Shown here: positions 36,218 to 47,189 of the stretch, piece after piece | Layout of the letters: each line of letters begins with the position of its first letter | Numbering within the stretch: the stretch's first letter is position 1 | Source of the DNA: Eukaryota sp. TZLM1-RC | Lineage: Eukaryota > Protista > Metamonada: BaSk clade | Assembly (NCBI GenBank): GCA_040285825.1 | Contig: JAUPSS010000004.1 | Coordinates: 1,240,001-1,304,000 of the forward strand | Reading direction: 5' to 3' | Length of the DNA: 64,000 bases | Notes under the pieces: model-generated | Databases searched by the model: none | The model's input: the letters and a program-made list of their open reading frames with translations, nothing else | What the model was told of the DNA's origin: nothing | Made by a program: the position numbers and the translations under genes

Positions 36218-36507
36218 TGATTGGATGATGGATACTGTGAATTTCACTTATCATGCATTCCCCTGTGAAATTCACTCCTGTTTTCAACTTTCTCAATGTC
36301 TACTCACAGGCTGTAAGAGACATGTAGCATCATTTGACAAAGACAATCATGATCTTCATCAATGGGCTACCTCACTTAAATACACCTACTGCATTCACAG
36401 AACAAAGCCTCGCGACTTGATGTATCTAAGTGGATCTACCAAATGCTACTAAGGTATTTGTAGATCGGTCTCAAAAGTTTTTGTTTCTGTATGCTCACGT
36501 TCCCTAT
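36218..36507 (-). ncRNA. Putative Fanzor omegaRNA (scaffold plus 3' guide)
   Basis: Five consecutive stem systems with G-U pairs that work only on the minus strand, plus a GNRA tetraloop, directly 3' of the Fanzor ORF. Confidence 0.7.
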
Positions 36508-38485
36508 TCATCTCCTCAGCAGAGCATCTGGGCAAATGTATCTTTCCGGCCACAATTCCGCTTTCTTCTTAATTTGAATATTTTTTTGCAGCGGAAATAT
36601 CTCTGTCATATACTATTTGACACTCAGTACAAATACGCATCTGCCATGAGCCTGCTTGAATATTCTCGGCCATGCAACAACTTGACATTTTGCTTGTATT
36701 AAATTCACTGGTTGACAAGTGCTTCACGTCCTTTTGATAACACAACCATTTTCTGAAAGCCCTTGCTGATCCATATCGATTGACTTTTCGGCAATGAGAA
36801 GGGAAATTAGCAGAACCCACAGCAAGATAGAGTTTTTCAGGATGTCCAGCCAGACTTTGAAATTTGTTGAGACTCTCTCTGAACCGTCTCTCTTTTCGTC
36901 TGCGGTTATCAAATTTAATTATTTTCCATTTCTGGCGATTACTTTCCAAATACACTTTCCTCCTGACCAAATTCCAATGGTTCAAATATTGGTTGAAATT
37001 TTGAACGGAATATTGGTTGGGAGAGTGTTTACTGGGTGAATTTTTTGTCATGTATCTTCTGCCAGTTGGACAAGGGATAACTCCACATTGATTATCATTT
37101 AAGAAGTAACCACATAATCTTGATTGGCCAAGATCAACGCCGATAAGGGGCCTTTCAGGTAAAATTTCGACTGGATGTCTACGTCTTCGACGGGGCATTT
37201 TTTTAGTACCCTTCAACTGTGTTTCTCTGGTTTTGTTGGCATTAGGGTCACTTTTCATTTCACTTTTTGATCTTCTTTTCTTTTTCGGTGGTTCATCCAG
37301 CTCATCTGTGTTTTCTGAGTCATTATTTTTACCTTCAAAGGTCAAAAGCAGTTCATTACCATTAGTTTTCAATAAAATTTTGTTAAATCTATTTTTCAAA
37401 CTTTTTCTGTTGATATTGAATTTTTGGTAAGGACATTGTTTGAATACTCGTTTCAGACATGTATTTTTGATGAACTTTGTTTTGGAAGATAATCCTTCAA
37501 TAAGTGGAAATTTTTTCACAGAGTGGAAAATTTGTGAAGGTACCTCAATAAATTTAGAACCTTTATGAGAAGCTAAAGGTATTATTCTAAATTTCTTCCA
37601 GCAATGCATATGAGAAAAGAAAGTGAGTAAGTATTGTGAAATTTTAAGATTGAAGAGAAAAAGCTCACTAATTTCCTTCGATGAAAAAGTGATTTTATCA
37701 TGTGAGGACAGTAGGGAGGCAGTGGTAGGAAATCTTTGAAAGAGATTCAAGATAAACCTACATGCATTCAATAAAAAAAATCTTTCTCTTGAATTATTCA
37801 AATTGAAATTGATGAGGTATTCAAGAACAGAATCAACTACTACTTCCTCGGGTTGGGCTAGTAGTTCATCTGGCAAAAGTGAAAGAATATTATTTGCAAA
37901 GACATTTGTTTTATTCAGGGCTCTACAATGAGCACGAATAAAGTTTTTTGTCCAGGATTGACAAATTTTGGGTAAACATGTCTTAACGTTGGAGGCCAAT
38001 TGACGAGCACGACAGGCAAGATAAGAAGAAAGCCCTTTTCTATTGATAAAATTACAGTTCTGGGACTGCAGCCAATCATTGAGGAAAAGATTGAATGAAT
38101 TTCTGTAAGGCACTAAAGAATTTTCCCACACAGAAACAAGAGACCTGTCTTGTGGGCATTCAGGAAGAAATCCATTGTAAAAGATATGGAGTAATTGGCG
38201 TTGGCCTTTAGATGTGGAAGGCTTTGGAAAAGAACCAGTGGTGATGACGGTCATAAACAGATACCATACATCCTGTTCCACTAAAGCTCTTGATGCCAAC
38301 GGAAAATTTAGAAGAAAAGATTGAAGTAATAAAGACGCTTCATGACAAATCTCGGTGACCACAGGAAGGTCAGTCCGAATTTGTTGCACCGCTGCAGGGG
38401 TCAGCAGCGAGTTAAGTGCACAAGACCGAGTGAATACACGTGATACAGAGGGGTGTCTGACATGTAGTGAGAATAAAGAGCTCAT
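36508..38485 (-). CDS. Fanzor1 (TnpB-like RNA-guided RuvC endonuclease); one extra A in an A7 run near the 3' end
   Basis: RuvC-I GVDLG, RuvC-II SEFNTSK, CC...CTEC zinc finger, RuvC-III DRDISAA. The ORF track ends at 36569. Removing one A gives AAKNI...CPDALLRR* ending at 36508. Confidence 0.9.
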
Positions 38486-38718
38486 CTATCAAATTTTACA
38501 CTTGTCACCCATTTTCGACTTCTGGTTGCCTATTCTGGGAGGTTTTTAACCCTTAACTTGGTTTTGGGAGGTTTTCACTATTCCCACACTTTCCCACACT
38601 TTCCATTTACTTTGTAAGAATTCTCCAACTGAGTAGTTCAGCATCTCAGTTCATTTTATCCACGTCCTCCATTAATCTCAACAGGTTACCACTGTTTGAC
38701 GTTTTGTGTTATTAGCCG

Positions 38719-39129
38719 ATGTCTAAACTCAATTCTTTACAAACCAAGGTGATTCAGCTTAAACACACAATCACTACTTATCAAAACTACTGCAAATCAC
38801 ATAATCTTCCTCTTCCACAAGTAAGTGATGTATTTTTCGCTCCAGACACACTCCAGAAGGTTTCAAATGCGTTCTCGCTTCGTTCTGATCTCAATGACCT
38901 TCGCCATGATATCAATGCAGAACTTACCTCAATTGAATCTCAACTACAGTCCTCTCTTTCCCTTGCTCTGTCGTCTCTACACTCTCATGATGCGCACATA
39001 TCACAACTTAACCAAGAAATGAGCAGTGTTCAATCACTAAACCAGCAACTTGAGTGTGAAGTATCTAAATTAAATGAAACTACTCAATCTCAGAGTCTGC
39101 AGCTTTCCGAACTTGAAAATGATGGATAA
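38719..39129 (+). CDS. Coiled-coil protein, probably 3'-truncated
   Basis: Heptad-rich 136-aa ORF divergent from the Fanzor and abutting an RLE fragment. Confidence 0.5.
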   Translation: MSKLNSLQTKVIQLKHTITTYQNYCKSHNLPLPQVSDVFFAPDTLQKVSNAFSLRSDLNDLRHDINAELTSIESQLQSSLSLALSSLHSHDAHISQLNQEMSSVQSLNQQLECEVSKLNETTQSQSLQLSELENDG

Positions 39130-39219
39130 TAATCCCTCAAATTCAATTAATTCAAATAGACTTAGAATTTGATAAGATTCCAATTGTTTCAAACAAAATT
39201 GTAAAAGACCAAAAATCAC

Positions 39220-39950
39220 TCTCCTCAAACTCCACATCTATTATAGGACACTTAGCTACAGCATTTTCTTCATCAAATTTTCCTAGTGATAACAACGAGC
39301 TAGAAAGAAGGTTGTACATACCCTAAAAATAGCAAAAACAATTCTGCATTGCCAAAAAGTTTAGTCAAATATTCTTCCAGTTGTATTTTTCAGAATAGAT
39401 GAGAAATCGTCCAAAAAAGATACTACATTTTACTTAAGCATTCAAATAAAGAACAAGCACAACAACAAGAAATGTATTGAATATGTGAGTTGGAATTCAG
39501 ATTATTGATTTTTTCTGTGTACTTGATAATTTTGGCTTCTTCTGCTCTACGTAAAGGTGAATAATAACATAATGTCAGTTTTTCATTTGAGCTGTTTGAT
39601 ACATCAGTAAATCTGACATCAATAATGATCATTGATCCATCAAGTCCGGGAACTAGCACATCACCACGGCTGCCACCAAATGAATTTCTGTCAGATTTAT
39701 CAGCCAAACTTGAAAGGGAAAGTTCAAAACAAATTCAATCTGGTAGGATTTAAACATACAATAGAGCTGATCACGAACTGCATCATGAATTTTTGATCTA
39801 AAAGTAATAAAACGATTACATTTAAATAAATGGATTGGAGTGACAGGCTTTCCACATTTACAAATTAATCCATAAGGAAGATTATCAGGCCAAATAAAAT
39901 TCGAAAACGCATAGGCAATACAAAGCAAGTGTCATTGAGAAACAAAAAGA
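39220..39950 (-). mobile_element. Degraded RLE 3' fragment
   Basis: WPDNLP...CKCG...HDAVRDQLY...SRGDVLVPGLDG...AEEAKIIKY. Confidence 0.8.
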
Positions 39951-39967
39951 TTCCAATTAAGTCCGGA

Positions 39968-41755
39968 TGTTGGCGCCCTAAGGCTTATATAACATGAATA
40001 GAAAATAAATCACTTTTCCTCATCGACTTTTCTTTACTACAATCGACTTTAGGCAACAATAATTATTGGCCATTTTAAAGTCAAAAAGTATACCATAACC
40101 TCAGCACATTACCAGCGAACATCCCCAGCAACTTTTACAGCATGTCAGACATCTGTCAGCCAGATATCTCTGACCCTAATCCCCCATCTAACATGCAGCA
40201 GGTACCAGCGACACATATACATAATATAGAGGGTAACGCGGCAACGGACCCGGATCCCACCTCCCTCTCCCTAAAGGTAGAAGAAGATGGAAGAGTGGAC
40301 GAGGTCCCTCCATCTTCAGCAATGGAAGAGGTAACGAGAACGGACCTGGCTCCCTCTCCCCTCAAAGCAATGGAAGAGGTTACGAGAACGGAGAACCCTC
40401 ACAAAAGAAGTACAACCTAGAAGTGAAATCCCACTTTAAATAATCTACTCTGTCAGGAGAGTAAATACCAAAGAAGGGGAAGATGACTCCAGTGATGGAT
40501 CCTCCTACCAAGGACACAGAGCCTTACCTCGAATCAATGGACTTTTATTCAGTCGAGCAGTTCCCTTCCTTATGGAGCCAAACACGAGAAAAGTCGACCA
40601 AATACGAGGTTACGAGTGGAAACTCCACCTCCACTGTTAATGTACTACAATGCAAAGATACGGTTCTTGCTCTTCTGATATTTTTAGTCGTAAAGTCAGT
40701 ACTTTAACAACAAAAGACGCCACCTTCAGGTTTCTCAGGTTTGTCACTTTGCTGACTGTTGTTCTTGATCCAACATAGACCCTGCATAATCATCAGCGAA
40801 TCCATTCTTCGATTCCATGATACCTTTACTAAACGACACTACCACGTTACTCGTCTACGAAAAAGGGAAGAAGCAGAGCGTCTTCATGTAGCGATTAAAA
40901 CATACACAACAAAGTATTCAAACACATAGATCTTGGAACGAGGCCCTTTTCAGTTATTGCTTACTATGTTATACTAACATTATTGTAGTAGAGTCATAGT
41001 ACATCAATTGTCGATCTTGAAAATGTGAAACCCAGTGTTTGTGTGAATCCCAATCACTACAAAGATAATTGTAAACAATAGCAAACATTAGAATTTAGTA
41101 TTTAGTTCTTAGTATTTATAGTAAAAAACTTTCAGTGGATGTTTGCAAAAATTCTGCTGCTCGTTTAGTGTATTCCGCTGATTCGCCGTTATCTAACGCC
41201 GAAAAAAAGAAGATAAAAAAATATGAAGAACCTTTGGCACAGTTAGGTAGAGTGGAACATGTGAAATATCAGTTTGTGCCGTTTGCAATTTCTCTTTTTG
41301 GCAATATTGGACCTTCAGGCTTGCACTTTTTGGAAAATTTTAAAAAAGTGTTACTGAATAGGTCTGGTAAAACAATGAACTCCACTTTCTGGTTAAATAG
41401 AATTGTTTTTTGCATTTTCAAGTCTATTCCAACAATGATTTCAAAGGCACTTTTAGCTATTGGTGTAGAATATGAACGTAATGCTGTGAGTAGGTTCAGT
41501 AATAGTGACGCTTGTTTGGAGGATATTGAATTCTAGATGGTTATTTTTATCTCAATAAATATTCCAGTTTTTAAAAAAAAAAGTATTTATAGTTATTTAG
41601 TTATTTGTTATAGTTTTGTTTCGAAATTCATATAAGCTGATTTATTTTGAAAAAGGGAAGAAGCAGTGTTGGCGCCCTAAGGCTTATATGTTATGATTAG
41701 AAAATAAATCATTTCCTCATTGACTTTTCTTTACTACAATAGACTTTAGGCAACA
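39968..41755 (+). mobile_element. Internally deleted Gypsy family A element bounded by 91-bp and 89-bp LTRs
   Basis: Direct repeats 39968-40058 and 41667-41755 (TGTTGGCGCCC...GGCAACA), PPT before the second, gag-like remnant at 40142-40900. No TSD seen. Confidence 0.7.
41130..41580 (+). mobile_element. RLE 3' fragment (family ending LEDIEF) with A tail, nested in the LTR element
   Basis: AEKKKIKKY...FVPFAISLFGNIG, AATAAA and A run. Near-identical inverted copy at 48180-48540. Confidence 0.85.
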
Positions 41756-42049
41756 GAGAATCTGTAGCATTGATTCATGTGGCTTGTAGTAATTTAATTT
41801 CGCCAAGATGTACTATCATACAATATGTCAAATTGCTGGGGTTTTCTGTTAAAAGCTGCTATTACTCCTCCGTTCCATTCCATCCTTACAAAACGAGATC
41901 GATCCTGAACTGTAACATGTTAATGTTGAAGTTAGATGTAATTGAGTGGAACTTCACAAGTGGAAAAACAATGTTAGTTTTTCTTTCATTGCATCTCATA
42001 TTCATGTTCTTCATTATACCGAATATGTGTTAGAATTGGTTCAAAAATG

Positions 42050-43930
42050 GTAAAATTTTTGAGAAGTTTTTTATGGCGTTCACGGATTCAATTTGCTATT
42101 ATTAAAAGATTACCTCGGTTTTTTAATCGAATAAGAGAAGCTTTAGCTAGACAGCAAGCAGATAAAGATTTTGTAGAAGAAATCTTGGTTCAATGATAGT
42201 CGTCCCATTAGTTATGAGTTAATTTAATTAAGTGTGTAAATTCAATAAATATTCTTTGTGCTTTGTTACAATAAAAATGCAAAAGGAAAAACTTCTGATC
42301 GCTGCTTGAAATGCCGCATAGTTTATAACTACCATCCTCCCATAAGAATACCTCAAGCAATATATGCCGGAATTAATACCGTATTTTCAAACAACATGCA
42401 ACACAAATTCTAATTTGCATTTTGGTTATTCCATTTTGAGTTCATCAAGTGGTGTAAAGTAAGGGGATCTGTTAGGACCTCCTTTGTTTTGTTTGGCCAA
42501 TCATCCTATTTTATTGCAAATTCAAGAGATGGTTCTTCGCTGAAAATGATTGAATATATGGACAATGTGGTTTTTATAGATGATTAAAATATTGTGAAAC
42601 AAGCAACTGTATGTTTTAAAAAATTATTATCCAAAATTGGTCTCCGACTTAATTTACTTAAATGTGTTTTGTTATCGAATTCTCCAATATCCACAGTTTC
42701 TTCAGCGCTATTTGCTACAGATGTACTATTTCGCCAAAATGAATCCAATGTTTGCATGTGATTGGATTCAAGTAATGCAATCAATTCAATCAGTCGTTGC
42801 AGTATTAATGGTGCTTTGTTGCAATATTTGCCAGAATTAATGACTTATTTTTAATCAACTTATAGCATAAATTCCAGTTTGTATTTTGCTAATTCCATTG
42901 TAAATTCATCAAGTGGTGTAAAGCAAGGAGATCCGTTAGGACCTCTTTTGTTTTGTTTGGCCATTCATCCTATTTTATTGCAAATTCAAGAGATGTTTCC
43001 TTCGCTAAAAATGATTGCGTATATGGATGATGTTTTTCTTATTGGTGATTTAAATATTGTGAAAGAAGCAACGTTTGATGGTATTGAAATTGAAGACAAA
43101 TTATATTCAATTGATGCTATTCGTCATTTGGGTTCGTTTTTAGGAAATAATGATGAAATTACCAAAAAATTGTTTGAAAAGTTGAACTCAATTTCTGGCA
43201 AAATTGACCGAATGATGAATTTAGATATACAAAAACACATCCAATTTACCATTATAAGACTGTGTTTTAGTTCCAATTTTAATCATATATTTCGATCTAC
43301 AAATCCTCTCGTCACTAGACCTTTGGCTCAAAAGGTCAATGAGTTACGTGCAAAAGTTCTGTGTCAATTACTGGGATGTAAAATGTTTCAAATTCCAGAC
43401 CATGCTTACCTTAGTCCACATTATGGTGGTTTAGGGTGGACGAAGGCTTCTATTCTTACTTCATGTGCTTTTATTTGTGGATGTAGAAATGCAATTTTTG
43501 AGTTTTCTGAAAGATTTGCTGATTGAAAAGATTTATTAATGACAACACAAAGTTCCACAGCTTTTGCATTAAATGAAGAATTGTCAAAAATTGATGGAGA
43601 TAAATTTGTGAATTTGTAAATTTGAGAGTCATTGAACCCAACATGAATTCTCATAAATGAAACGTAACTACATACCAACCATGTAACAATAACATTTTGT
43701 GTGTAGTTACGTGGAAAATAAATTGTATTCAAATTGGAAAAAAATTGTTTCAAATAATATTTTATATATTTATTGAACTTGCACACTTAATTAAATTAAC
43801 TCATAACTAATGGGACGACTATCATTGAACCAAGATTTCCTCTACAAAATTTTGATCTGCTTGCTGTCTAGCTAAAGCTTCTCTTATTCAATTGAAAAAT
43901 CCAGATAATCTATTAACAATGGCGAAATGA
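42050..43930. mobile_element. Scrambled pieces of the EILVQ-family CRE-like retrotransposon, including the RT core
   Basis: GVKQGDPLGPLLF and AYMDD in ORF 42879-43526. 3' tails at 42050-42250 (+) and 43760-43930 (-). Confidence 0.85.
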
Positions 43931-44148
43931 TGTTATTTTTCTATAGCAACTTTAATTTGACATTTAATCATTCCTTGAAAATTATGAAGCACCAATGTGG
44001 GAATTAAATTTCAAATTGTGAATTGGGACGACGAAATTATTGCAGTGAATTGGAACTACGCAAGTCTTCACATGATCTTCATCTCCCCTCCAATCCAACA
44101 TTTGGTGAACCACCCTTTCTCTCCAAAACACTTGTATCGCCATTTCAA

Positions 44149-45292
44149 ATGGATTCACTCTCTGAAGTCTTGTCCTTTTGGTCCTTTTGTTTATCCCAAA
44201 ACCTTTGCGAATACCTCCAACATCATTTGAATGCTCCGCATTTTACTATTCCAGATAATATAGCAATTTCTGATGCTGTTCTAACAACCCTCTTCAATTA
44301 CTGGCGCACAAAGCCTTCCTTTTTCGAAGTTGTGTCTGAATACGAGACACTGAAACCATGTCTTTTAGACTTGGGATTCAAAGATGACTTTGTTACAAAG
44401 CAGTTTTCCACAGGCTATATCCCTGAACTTGCTGTTTGTGATATTGTCTGCAGGGTCATGAGGTATAGTTCTTCCAGAGAAAATTACCAAAGATAATGAT
44501 ATATTTGCTCAACCAACAGTTAAGGTTGGTAGGACCAGATCACCTGTTCAGGTTGTAAAAATTGGTACTTCTCAACAATTACCAGCTATTTCCTTTCATG
44601 GTACTTTATACTTTCATGCGTCTTCGTATATGGCAGCAGTAAACAAGTTGAAAAATCATTTTGACTTGGATCAGTTCACAACCAGTCTAGGTAAGAGGTC
44701 TGATTTTTCCACCAAAGGAGCCTTGTATCTCACTAAACATTTTGCCCAGGCTTGGAAATGGGCTCAAGGGAAGATAACCTGCGATCCAGCCTCCTCAAAG
44801 GCAGTTATTTATGTTTTAGTTGATGACAATAACACTTTCTGTGATGGTGCTAATAATTTGTTTGAAAATGAATTGGCGTTTGACGTTTGGACACGTATTT
44901 GTCGTGGGAATGAATCCAAGTTTAAGATCGCTTACCCTCCAAATGGTGTGGAAAATCAAGAAGATTTTGAGGAAATGGAAGCAGATGCTGTCATTGGTCC
45001 TCTAGCTAAAACGAGGTCGTTTAGACAATACCCTATTGAAAATTCTGATGCTTGCAACGATGTTGAAGGAACATACTGGAAATTTGATGCAGAGTTTGAT
45101 GACCTTTTATCTGTTTCATCTAGTCATGTTTCCACTAATGATGGTGAAGTTGTCAGGTTTTTCCCCAAAGTAGAAAGAGTTCAAAATTCACACCAACTGG
45201 CTATTTTGAACAATTGGAAGGCCAGATCATTAATTAATTCCTTACAGTATATTATTATTGTGGAAGCCAAGAATAGAACAACTGCTTGTTGA
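44149..45292 (+). pseudogene. ADP-ribosyltransferase-like (DUF3990-like) gene with one frameshift near 44440-44490
   Basis: The frame of ORF 44630 is open back to at least 44462 and includes LYFHASS, then SDF...ALYLT...AWKWA...IGPLA...QLAI. Confidence 0.6.
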
Positions 45293-45329
45293 ATATAGTT
45301 TTATTAATAAATATTATTTTACAGAATTG

Positions 45330-46105
45330 CACTAGTTTAATAGCTCAGCAACCAAGGCCATTTGGTCTTCACTTAACAAATGAAGCTTGGAAACAAAACA
45401 TGCGGTTGAGATTAGGGATGTATCCAAGTGGTCTTTTGGACAATTCTTATTGTAACAAAACACCTACTGCCAATTTCCGTCATATTGTGAGCTGTAAGAA
45501 ATTTCTTCAATATCGGTCAGTTCTTCATAATGCCGTTCGTGATGTGACATATGAAATGTTCAAGTGTTACAATTTTAGTTGCAAAGTAGAACCGTTGTTG
45601 AAGCATTATAGCGATGATAATTTGTTCTATTCACGTCGCGGTGATTGAATTTCTCTTTTTGTGGATTCCTCTCAAGTTATTGTTGATTTTACAACAGTTG
45701 ATCCTTTTGCTTTTATTTATCGTGACGATGTTTTACTTAATTCTTATGGTCTTTTAACCAAGGCCGAGGATCGTAAAAGAGACAAATATACTGAGATATT
45801 AACTGATTTAAACAAGAATCTTTACTCGAAGTTTTCGTTTGTTCCTTTTGCCTTTTCGATTTTTGGCAACATTGGACAGTCTGCCTTGAATTTTATCAAT
45901 GATTTTGGTAATTTATGTCGTTCAAGTGGTAAGAATTTTGCAGGGAATTTATGGAAGAATCGTATCATTTTCGCTTTGTACAGAAGTGTTCCCAAGTACT
46001 TGAGTTTAATGATGTCCAAGCTGTATAAGGATTCATCAAGAGTTGGCGTGGAGAATTTTGTTTCTTATGTGTTTTAGTTTGTTTTGTTTCTTTTTCAATA
46101 AAATT
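45330..46105 (+). mobile_element. RLE 3' fragment (family SYVF)
   Basis: HNAVRD...EPLL...RRGD...VDFTTVDP...AEDRKRDKY. Confidence 0.85.
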
Positions 46106-46129
46106 AAATAATTAGATATAAGTACATAT

Positions 46130-46790
46130 GTAGCTGATTTCATACATATTGTCAGTTGTAAAATGTTCCTTCAGTTCAGGTCAATTTTACACAATTCAGT
46201 TCGTGATGTGACACATGAGATGTTTAGGTGTCATGGTTTTAATGGGAAAATAGAACCTCTACTGAAACACTACAGTGATAACGATATTTTCAATTGTCGT
46301 CGTGGAGATTTGATTGTACCCTTTACTAACTCATCTCAGGCGGTTGTTGATTTTACTACCGTTGACCCTTGTGCAAAAGTGTACTTGTCTTCAGTTTTTA
46401 ATGATGAAAATTCGCATCTGTGTCAGGCGGAGGCACGTAAGAATCAGTTGTATGATGAAGTAATGAGGAATCTTAATCAAAATTTATACTCTTCTTTTGT
46501 CTTCATTCCGTTTGCAATTTCGATTTTTGGAAGTATTGGTAAGATAGGTCAAAAGTTTCTTGATTCTTTTGCCAAGTTATGTCTTGAACGTAACAGATTA
46601 TTTAACATCTCCATTTGGCGTAATAGAATCATCTTTGCTTTATTTCGAAGCTTTCCCAAATACTTGTCTCAGATATTCAAAAAGTTATATAGAAGTGTAA
46701 GGGTAGATGTGGAGAATTTTTCTTCTTATAAGTTCTAGCTCTTAGCTGTATGTTGTCACTCTATAATAATAATAATAATAAATTAAGTAC
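46130..46790 (+). mobile_element. RLE 3' fragment (family SYKF)
   Basis: HNSVRD...RRGDL...VDFTTVDP...AEARKNQLY. Confidence 0.85.
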
Positions 46791-46844
46791 ATATTAAATA
46801 TATTTTTTACAAAATTTTATTAAAGAAGTTTTTGTTGAGCATTT

Positions 46845-47175
46845 GTGTTGAGCATGTCAAGTATCAGTTGGTTCCATTTGCTGTTTCTCTTTTTGGTAAC
46901 ATTGGAATATCTGGCATTATATTTCTTGAAGGTTTCAGAAGTTTAATAAAAGAAAGAGCAGGAAAAGAATTGAATTTCAATTTCTGGCACAATAGAATTG
47001 TTTTTAGTATTCTTAAAGCAATTCCAGAATTGTTGACCAAATCACTGTTACAATTAGGAATAAAGTATGAAAATCGCGCGCTTAAAAGATTTGATGATGT
47101 TGATGCGTGTATTGAGGATATTGAGTTCTAGTTTTTTGTTTAATGTTTTGTTAACGTTGAAAATAAATTTCAATT
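46845..47175 (+). mobile_element. RLE 3' fragment (family CIEDIEF)
   Basis: VPFAVSLFGNIG...WHNRIVF. Homologue at 52630-53380. Confidence 0.8.
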
Positions 47176-47189
47176 GTAAAAAAATTCCA

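Noticed and set aside
36218-36236. Second target for the predicted guide elsewhere in the window
   Set aside because: Only ~9-nt matches were noticed by eye (e.g. near 52118 and 62621), which is expected by chance.
36218-36247. E2 start at 36247 as given by the ORF track
   Set aside because: That start is a GTG inside a hairpin. ATG 36217 gives a normal E2 N-terminus.
39971-39978. TGGCGCCC resembling a tRNA-Lys primer-binding site
   Set aside because: It lies at the LTR 5' start, also in 3' LTRs after the PPT, so it is in the wrong position, and it varies between copies.
43524-43526. TGA read-through or alternative genetic code suggested by TGA aligning with TGG in a paralogue
   Set aside because: It occurs in decayed elements with many other lesions, and intact genes (e.g. 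29574-31436) use TGA as stop.
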